From contig JAFGCL010000066.1 of NCBI GenBank assembly GCA_016932645.1, positions 1 to 48,245 of the forward strand: a DNA stretch of 48,245 nt, given 5' to 3'. Of the stretch, positions 9,373 through 15,699 are shown piece by piece (within the stretch, counting starts at the first letter, position 1; every line of letters starts with the position of its first letter). Origin of the DNA: Dehalococcoidia bacterium. Lineage in GTDB: Bacteria; Chloroflexota; Dehalococcoidia; UBA2247; RBG-13-53-26. The translations under genes were made by a program, and so were the position numbers. The notes below the pieces were generated by a model, which was not told where the DNA came from, ran no database searches, and saw only the letters and a list, made by a program, of their open reading frames with translations.

Positions 9373-10377
9373 ATGAGAATATGTCTGATAGGGGAGTACT
9401 CAGGCCATCTTGACGAGGGGATGAGGAAACTGTCATCCCAGCTGGCTGAGGAGATGTCCAGAGAGCATGAAATCAAGGCTCTGGACATTGGAGATGTCTA
9501 TCACAGGCAGTTCTGGAAGGAAATCAGAACCTTCTCGCCCGAGATAGTTCACTACATACATGGGCCCTCCATCGCGAGCCTGGTGACGATGAAAGCGATA
9601 TCCTTGTGCAACAGGAAGGCGAAGACCGTGGTGTCTGCCACCCATCCCGACTTGCCCCGGCCTGTTAGAGGCCTCATACGGCTGCTCAAGCCCGACTTGA
9701 TCTTGACCCAGTCACATGACATAGAGCAGATGTTCATCAAGCACGGTTGTACAACTACCTTTCTGCCCACCGGGGTGGACACGGGCAAGTTCAGGCCAGT
9801 GTCGGCAGCTGCGAAGCATGAGTTGAGGAAGAAGTACGGAATAGACGAAGATGCATTCATAGTGCTTCATGTCGGATCAGTAAGGAAGGAACGCAACGTC
9901 TTGCTGCTCGGTGACATTCAAGAGAGTGGCCATCAAGTCGTCCTCATCGGAAGCGGCTCCACCGGCATCGAACAGGACGTGCTGCTCTATCTCAAGAAGC
10001 GCGGCTGCGTCGTTCGGACGGACTATTTTGAGAACGTGGAGGAGATATACGCTCTCTCTGACTGCTATGTCTTCCCTACCCAGAAGCGAATAGCCAGCAT
10101 AGAATCCCCTCTTTCTGTGCTGGAAGCCATGGCGTGTAACCTGCCGGTAGTAGCGACCCCGTTCGGGGCTCTTCCCAGGCTCTTCCAGCCTGGTGATGGT
10201 CTGTTCTTTGCTGAGAGCAAGCAGGATATCATGGACTCACTGAACAGCATCAGGAGCGGTGCAATTGAGGTCAACACGAGACAGAAGGTTGTGCGGTACG
10301 ATTGGGTCAAGGTGGTTTCTAGGCTTGAAGGCATATACGCCGACATTTGCAGTGGCAGGCAACCGGGTGCCGCATGA
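9373..10377 (+). CDS. glycosyltransferase, GT-B fold (GT1/GT4-like)
   Basis: 334-aa ORF with C-terminal SPLSVLEAMACNLPVVATPFG and GAGG about 9 nt upstream of the ATG. The stop overlaps the next start (ATGA at 10374-10377). Confidence 0.8.
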   Translation: MRICLIGEYSGHLDEGMRKLSSQLAEEMSREHEIKALDIGDVYHRQFWKEIRTFSPEIVHYIHGPSIASLVTMKAISLCNRKAKTVVSATHPDLPRPVRGLIRLLKPDLILTQSHDIEQMFIKHGCTTTFLPTGVDTGKFRPVSAAAKHELRKKYGIDEDAFIVLHVGSVRKERNVLLLGDIQESGHQVVLIGSGSTGIEQDVLLYLKKRGCVVRTDYFENVEEIYALSDCYVFPTQKRIASIESPLSVLEAMACNLPVVATPFGALPRLFQPGDGLFFAESKQDIMDSLNSIRSGAIEVNTRQKVVRYDWVKVVSRLEGIYADICSGRQPGAA

Positions 10378-11072
10378 GACGCAAGAAGAGCACGCTCATC
10401 TGCTTCACCGGAATCGATGGTTCCGGCAAGACTACACTCGCCAAAGCACTGGTGGGCCGCTTGGGAAGCGAGGGCATTCCGAGCCGCTACGTCTACGGCA
10501 GGCTTCAGCCAATCATGTTGTGGCCCGTCTTCCTGGTGGGGAGAAAGCTGTTTCTCCGCAAGAAGGACATGTACAAGGACTATGCCAGGTATTCTCAGGC
10601 CAAGAAGGGACTTCTTGATAACCGCGTACTCTCTGCGGTCTATGAATGCCTTGTGCTGTTTGACTACTTCTTTCAAATCACGATGAAGATCAGGTTGCCG
10701 CTGGCGATCGGCAGAGACATCGTCTGTGACCGGTATGTTTATGATACCGTGATCACCGATCTCGCTGTGGATCTGAACTATCCACAGTGGCGAATCGGTA
10801 AAGTGCTGGAGAGATACCTGTGGCTCTTCCCAAAACCAGACCTCGTCTTCCTCGTTGACGTGCCGGAGGGGATCGCCACTAAACGGAAAGATGATGTGCC
10901 ATCTGTCAAGTACCTTGAGGAGCGAAGGAGTCTTTACCTGCAGGTGGGGCGAGAACATGGAATGACAATCTTGGACGGCTCCAAAGGGCTCGACGAGCTC
11001 AAGCACGCCGTGCAAAGTGAAGCCATCAAGCATCTCTGCGATAATGATGGCGGTGATCCGGCCAGGGGATGA
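10374..11072 (+). CDS. dTMP-kinase-like P-loop protein with hydrophobic segments
   Basis: P-loop FTGIDGSGKTTLAKAL and the DRY-type motif CDRYVYDT of the thymidylate kinase family. Two hydrophobic stretches (LQPIMLWPVFLVG and VLSAVYECLVLFDYFFQI) lie between them. The start at ATG 10374 overlaps the preceding stop. Confidence 0.7.
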   Translation: MRRKKSTLICFTGIDGSGKTTLAKALVGRLGSEGIPSRYVYGRLQPIMLWPVFLVGRKLFLRKKDMYKDYARYSQAKKGLLDNRVLSAVYECLVLFDYFFQITMKIRLPLAIGRDIVCDRYVYDTVITDLAVDLNYPQWRIGKVLERYLWLFPKPDLVFLVDVPEGIATKRKDDVPSVKYLEERRSLYLQVGREHGMTILDGSKGLDELKHAVQSEAIKHLCDNDGGDPARG

Positions 11073-11106
11073 CAGAATTGGTGAGCGACAACCAGGGAAT
11101 TTCGAG

Positions 11107-12645
11107 ATGAGCAAGGTACTGGTGCTTGGCATAGACTCGTTGAGCCCCGCCCTGCTGTCCGAATTCGAGGGCGATCTGCCGAACTTCAGCAAATTGCGGA
11201 AGCTAAGTCCAGCCGTGAAGCTCAGTTCCATCTTTCCTCCCGACACCATACCTGCCTGGACCAGCATCTACACTGGCCTGAATCCGGCGAAGCACGGACT
11301 GATCTACGTCCAGGACGTGTTTGGGACTCAGCGGCAAGAGATAGTGAGCATAGACAACAGCATATTCGAGGGCAGGACCTTCTGGGACTATGCCAGCAGT
11401 TCCGGGAAGAGGACCTGCCTTGTGTTTCCGCACATGGCTTATCCCCCTTGGCCGGTCAACGGCGTCATGGTGGGCAGATCAACCACGGAATTACGCGTGC
11501 CCGGAGGGCCGAAGTGGGCGGCAAAGACCGAGATTCAGATATATCCTCAGGAGGCAACCGCGAAGCACCGGATACCCCCATTCATGACGACCGTGTTCGG
11601 CAACTACCCCGGGAGAAGGAAACTGGGTGAATACGCGAAGGACCTGTGGAAGGCCACTTCAGATGAGGCCGAATTTGGTCTGCGGATGTCTCGCGAGTCC
11701 GATTGGGACCTGTATTTCATGTACTTCTACCTTCTGGATAATATTCAGCACTTTTTCTGGAGATATCATGACGAGACTGACCCTAGATATCCTGGCGCAG
11801 GCCCCTACAAGAACATCATCAGGGACTCCTACCGCCTTTTCGACAGCATAGTGGGAGAATTCATGAATTCGAATCCCGAAGCAACGACGGTGGTCCTGAG
11901 CGATCACGGGCACGGCATGCGTCCTCCGAAGACGGTGAACATAAATGCCTTCCTTCAACAGAAGGGATACTTGGTGGTGAATGCCAAGCGGCAGAACCCC
12001 GCGGTGTACCTCATCGGCAGACTGAAGGCCATGTTGCTGGCCTTCGTTCATAGGCACGAACTGGACTACTGGCTACTCAGTCTGGCCACATCAAGACCAT
12101 TCGCTTCTATGAGCAAGAAAGTCTACGTGTCATCAGGGAGCATCGACATGCGAAAGTCGGTGGCCTTTCTGTCCTCTTTTGCAGGTGCGAAGTCATATTC
12201 ACATGGCGGAGTAGAGATAGCAGCGAACAACACGAGTGGAATGAGCTATGAGGAGATCCGCAGCCAACTGATCAAGGAACTGTTGGGACTAACTGAGCCA
12301 AGCACCGGCGAGAAGTTGATGTCATGGGTCCGCAGGCGTGAGGAATTGTACACCGGGCAGTATCTCTCTCGCTACCCTGACATAGTGTTCCAGTTGAAGG
12401 AGGGGTATGGCGCATACTGGGATGTGGACGCCCCTCTCATAGGTACGGCCTACGAACACAACATCGCCCCGGGAGGCCACAAGAAGGAGGCCGTGTTCCT
12501 CGTGTCAAAACTGGACGGCAGAACATGTGCCAGGACTGACATGACCCTGATGGACATCGCCCCGACCATTCTGGATCTTCTGGGCTTGGACACAGTGGTT
12601 CATCCGGAGTTTGACGGCTCAAGCATCGTGGAGAGGTCCGGCTGA
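11107..12645 (+). CDS. alkaline-phosphatase-superfamily enzyme (type I phosphodiesterase/nucleotide pyrophosphatase-like)
   Basis: N-terminal VLVLGIDSLSP (metal/nucleophile region) and VVLSDHGHGM (DHG metal motif). The start is trimmed to ATG 11107 (MSKVLVLG). Confidence 0.75.
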   Translation: MSKVLVLGIDSLSPALLSEFEGDLPNFSKLRKLSPAVKLSSIFPPDTIPAWTSIYTGLNPAKHGLIYVQDVFGTQRQEIVSIDNSIFEGRTFWDYASSSGKRTCLVFPHMAYPPWPVNGVMVGRSTTELRVPGGPKWAAKTEIQIYPQEATAKHRIPPFMTTVFGNYPGRRKLGEYAKDLWKATSDEAEFGLRMSRESDWDLYFMYFYLLDNIQHFFWRYHDETDPRYPGAGPYKNIIRDSYRLFDSIVGEFMNSNPEATTVVLSDHGHGMRPPKTVNINAFLQQKGYLVVNAKRQNPAVYLIGRLKAMLLAFVHRHELDYWLLSLATSRPFASMSKKVYVSSGSIDMRKSVAFLSSFAGAKSYSHGGVEIAANNTSGMSYEEIRSQLIKELLGLTEPSTGEKLMSWVRRREELYTGQYLSRYPDIVFQLKEGYGAYWDVDAPLIGTAYEHNIAPGGHKKEAVFLVSKLDGRTCARTDMTLMDIAPTILDLLGLDTVVHPEFDGSSIVERSG

Positions 12646-12697
12646 ACGAGCAAAGGACTTGCTTGATTCCCAGAGTGCGCATGTTTAGTGAAGAAGG

Positions 12698-13867
12698 ATG
12701 CCGCAACAGAATCACCGACTGAGGATATGTGCTTGCTTTTTCCCGTTCCCTGCAGAGGGGTCTCATGTGCACGTGGTCAGTGTGGTTGGGATACTCCGCG
12801 AGATCAGTGATAGGATATGCGTGATAAGCGGCAGAATGCCGGAAGGCGTCTCCATTGGAGAAGGAGTTCACCCCAGGACTCTGAGAATCACCACACACCT
12901 CAGAGCCTTCAGTCGGCCGGCGTGGCTATCCGCATTGAAGTGGGCGGTGAGCTATGCAACCGGGCAGATTGAGATGTCCTGCCAGGTAGCGAGGATGTCG
13001 CGGGAGTTCGACGTCGTGGTTTTCTACGAAGGCGCCCATCACTATGTGTTATCGATCATCGTGGCGAAGGTCTTGAGAAAGAAGATCGTCAAGTACTCCA
13101 CAGGACTGATGGCATTGGAAGGTTCCTACTCCAGACTCTCTTTTGACTACTGGGCTGGTTTCATGTTCAGAGTCTCTGAGAGGATATCTCACGCCCTTTC
13201 GGACCGCATTGTCGTACCTACCGGAGCGGACCCCGGGCGGATTGGAATGGACAAATACACCGGGAAGATCTCCACTGCTATGTACATGTTCGTCGCCGAC
13301 TCCTTCAGAGAGAAGAGGGATTGGCACGCGAGAGACAACGTTGTCGGCTATGTTGGCCGTCTGGTGGCGATAAAAGGGGTCATACAACTGGCTCAAGCCA
13401 TACCATTGATACTGAAGGCCAAGGGGGATCTGAGGTTCCTGATAGTGGGCGACGGGGTTCTCATGGGTGATATGAAGAAGTGTCTTCAAGAAGCCGGTTG
13501 CCTGGACAGGGTGACTTTTGTCGGTTGGGTGCCGAATGAGTCGATACCAGACTATCTGAATGAAATGAAGTTCCACATTCTGCCTTCACCATTCGAAGCT
13601 CCCGGCGCCATCAACCTTGAGGCGATGGCATGTGGTACGATTGCGATTGCGAACGGGGTTGGGGGAATTCTTGATATTATCATCGACAATCAAACCGGGT
13701 TCCTTGTCGATGGCAACGAGCCGCGCACAATAGCAGAGAAAGTAATCGAGGTGTGGGACTCCCCCGACCTTGAAAGGATTCGACATGACGCGGCTGATTT
13801 CGTAAGGCGGAGCTTCTCCAAGCAGAGCGTGGTCAACAGTTGGAGGCAGGCGCTAGAGGATCTGTAG
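12698..13867 (+). CDS. glycosyltransferase, GT-B fold (GT4-like)
   Basis: 389-aa ORF with VGYVGRLVAIKG and the C-terminal PSPFEAPGAINLEAMACGTIAIAN typical of GT4 family members. Confidence 0.8.
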   Translation: MPQQNHRLRICACFFPFPAEGSHVHVVSVVGILREISDRICVISGRMPEGVSIGEGVHPRTLRITTHLRAFSRPAWLSALKWAVSYATGQIEMSCQVARMSREFDVVVFYEGAHHYVLSIIVAKVLRKKIVKYSTGLMALEGSYSRLSFDYWAGFMFRVSERISHALSDRIVVPTGADPGRIGMDKYTGKISTAMYMFVADSFREKRDWHARDNVVGYVGRLVAIKGVIQLAQAIPLILKAKGDLRFLIVGDGVLMGDMKKCLQEAGCLDRVTFVGWVPNESIPDYLNEMKFHILPSPFEAPGAINLEAMACGTIAIANGVGGILDIIIDNQTGFLVDGNEPRTIAEKVIEVWDSPDLERIRHDAADFVRRSFSKQSVVNSWRQALEDL

Positions 13868-13929
13868 AAGGTGACCGGCAGGTTTCGCGGTCCGATATCG
13901 ATCGCTTCAATGATGAGGAGACGCGTTCT

Positions 13930-15279
13930 ATGAGACGGCAACTACTGGAACTCATCAGATGTCCCTATTGCGAAACGGGTCTCAGTGTTTCGGAGGTGTT
14001 CGAAGAGCAAGATGGAGAGGTTCTCAGAGGCTTGGTGAAGTGCGAATGCAGTGAGTTCGCCATCCTTGAAGGCATTCTGAACCTCAAGGCGGATCACGTG
14101 GCGGAGTACTTCAGAAGGCTGGTCAAGGAGGGGAGGCAGAGAGAGGCCTTGGGACTTTCCCTCGGAAGATATGCCGATACCCTGGCCGAGAGCGTATGCA
14201 GGGTTGCCACCGCTCTGGAGTCAAACGGAACGTACTACGGGGTCTTGGGCAAGACAATGCTGGGCTTGCTCAAGGCCAGGGCGAGACATGAGTACAAGAG
14301 ACGAACGAGCAAGGGGGCGACCTTCTACAGTCTGATGGGCGGTGGAGGGTATCAGACATACCTCAAGCATCGCTTCTCCTCTCCCACGTTTTGGTCACTG
14401 TATGCCTACGTACCGGTTCTGAAGCAGAAGAGAGAAAGGATCCTCGACCTGTGCTGTGGGACAGGACATGCGTCCTTTGTGATCTCCGCTTGTGTTGAGC
14501 CGCGGGAGTTGGTTTGCGCCGACAACATGTTTGGCAGCCTGTATGCCGCCAGGAAGTACTTCGCGCCTCAGGCTCAATTTGTCTGCCTTGATGCCAACTG
14601 TCCCTTGCCGTTCAGAGACGGCGTCTTCACGTCAGTTCTCATGCTGGACGCATTCCACCTCGTGCAGGCGCGTGCCTCGCTGGCCCACGAGATGGAGCGC
14701 ATACTCTCCGCACAGGGGCTGCTGCTCGTGCCGCACCTGCACAATTCCTTGAAGTACAATCCATCAGCGGGCAAACCACTGACCCCTTCGGGTTGGGCAG
14801 GGCTATTTCATCGTCTTGCGGTGAAGGGCATACCGGAAGCTGCCTTGGTTGAGGACTTCATGCTGAGAGACAGGCTGGATCTGACCAGGGATTATCCCGA
14901 AGATGAGATGGACTCCTCGGATGCAGTGCACCTGGTGGGAAGCGCGGACAGCACGCTCCTGAAAGTATTCGAGGAGGTGAGCAGAGAATTTCTATCCCAG
15001 AGACGGAACCCGGTCATCAACCCTACATACCAGATTGATCGCAGGCAAGGTGAGGTGATATTGAGGAGGCAGTTTCCCAGCGAGTCATTCAGGAAGGAGT
15101 ATCCCCTGGCAGAGAAGCACCTCCCTGAGGAGTGCTCCCTGAGCGGCGGACTGGCTGAGGTGGTAACTGGCACGAGTCTGAGTGCATCCATTGACCGTCT
15201 CTCCGAAGAGGATTCTCGCAAACTCGAGGATCTGATGAGGAAGTTCGTCGTGGTCAACGTTCCAGAAGGCTACTGCTGA
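13930..15279 (+). CDS. class I SAM-dependent methyltransferase with N-terminal Trm112-like zinc ribbon
   Basis: The start at ATG 13930 has GAGGAG about 10 nt upstream. The N-terminus has CPYC...CEC cysteine pairs followed by ILEGILNL, and the SAM motif I context is ILDLCCGTGH. Confidence 0.75.
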   Translation: MRRQLLELIRCPYCETGLSVSEVFEEQDGEVLRGLVKCECSEFAILEGILNLKADHVAEYFRRLVKEGRQREALGLSLGRYADTLAESVCRVATALESNGTYYGVLGKTMLGLLKARARHEYKRRTSKGATFYSLMGGGGYQTYLKHRFSSPTFWSLYAYVPVLKQKRERILDLCCGTGHASFVISACVEPRELVCADNMFGSLYAARKYFAPQAQFVCLDANCPLPFRDGVFTSVLMLDAFHLVQARASLAHEMERILSAQGLLLVPHLHNSLKYNPSAGKPLTPSGWAGLFHRLAVKGIPEAALVEDFMLRDRLDLTRDYPEDEMDSSDAVHLVGSADSTLLKVFEEVSREFLSQRRNPVINPTYQIDRRQGEVILRRQFPSESFRKEYPLAEKHLPEECSLSGGLAEVVTGTSLSASIDRLSEEDSRKLEDLMRKFVVVNVPEGYC

Positions 15280-15474
15280 ACCGTCTTCCGAGCGTCTCGA
15301 TCCTCAGGTGCCCGGAAGGTAAACGGCCGATTCCTGTGCATGCTGCTACCGGCGATGTCACCGCGGACAACGGACTATGTCCGTCAGATTCTGATAATGT
15401 GTGCTAATCGTACCAGATGCATCGCTGTGAAAGGCGGGTCAGGGTCATGCTCACGGAAGCAGAGCATTCTCACC

Positions 15475-15503
15475 TTGACAGGCACCATTCGCTATGCTAT
15501 AAA
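15475..15503 (+). promoter_or_regulatory. sigma70-type promoter (TTGACA-17 nt-TATAAA with TGc extended -10)
   Basis: TTGACA at 15475-15480, a 17-nt spacer, then TATAAA at 15498-15503 preceded by TGC. It lies about 27 nt upstream of the riboswitch aptamer. Confidence 0.55.
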
Positions 15504-15529
15504 TCCTCAGAACATATGGTTTGATCAAC

Positions 15530-15616
15530 GGGCGCATGGGGCAAACCCGCCGAAAGGCGGGGACGCAAAGCTACGAGTCTAACGCCGCGAAGGCCATGAC
15601 GGTTGAGCTGCCGCCT
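15530..15616 (+). promoter_or_regulatory. c-di-GMP-I (GEMM-I) riboswitch aptamer, copy 1
   Basis: GGGCGCAUGGGGCAAACCCGCCGAAAGGCGGGGACGCAAAGCUACGAGUCUAA... matches the remembered Vc2 GEMM-I core (GGGCAAACC, GAAA-capped hairpin, GGGACGCAAAGCC, CUAA receptor). P1 pairs GGGCG with CGCCU. A gapless 87-nt homologue (72/87 identical) lies at 39131-39217 on the minus strand. Confidence 0.8.
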
Positions 15617-15633
15617 TAGAGAGTCTATGTAAT

Positions 15634-15675
15634 GGATACTCTTTGGCCAGCGCCAGGGTGTATCCTATTTTTGTT
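15634..15675 (+). terminator. intrinsic terminator (riboswitch expression platform)
   Basis: GGAUACUCUUUGGC-CAGC-GCCAGGGUGUAUCC forms a hairpin by hand folding (14 positions, 1 mismatch, 2 G-U pairs). It is followed by UAUUUUUGUU, 25 nt before the GTG start at 15700. Confidence 0.6.
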
Positions 15676-15699
15676 GGAAGCAGCTGAACTGAGGCAGGA

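Noticed and set aside
10065-11267. 400-aa minus-strand ORF spanning the dTMP-kinase-like and AlkP-family genes
   Set aside because: It is antisense to two ORFs with clear family motifs. Its product is low-complexity with no motifs, so it is a shadow ORF.
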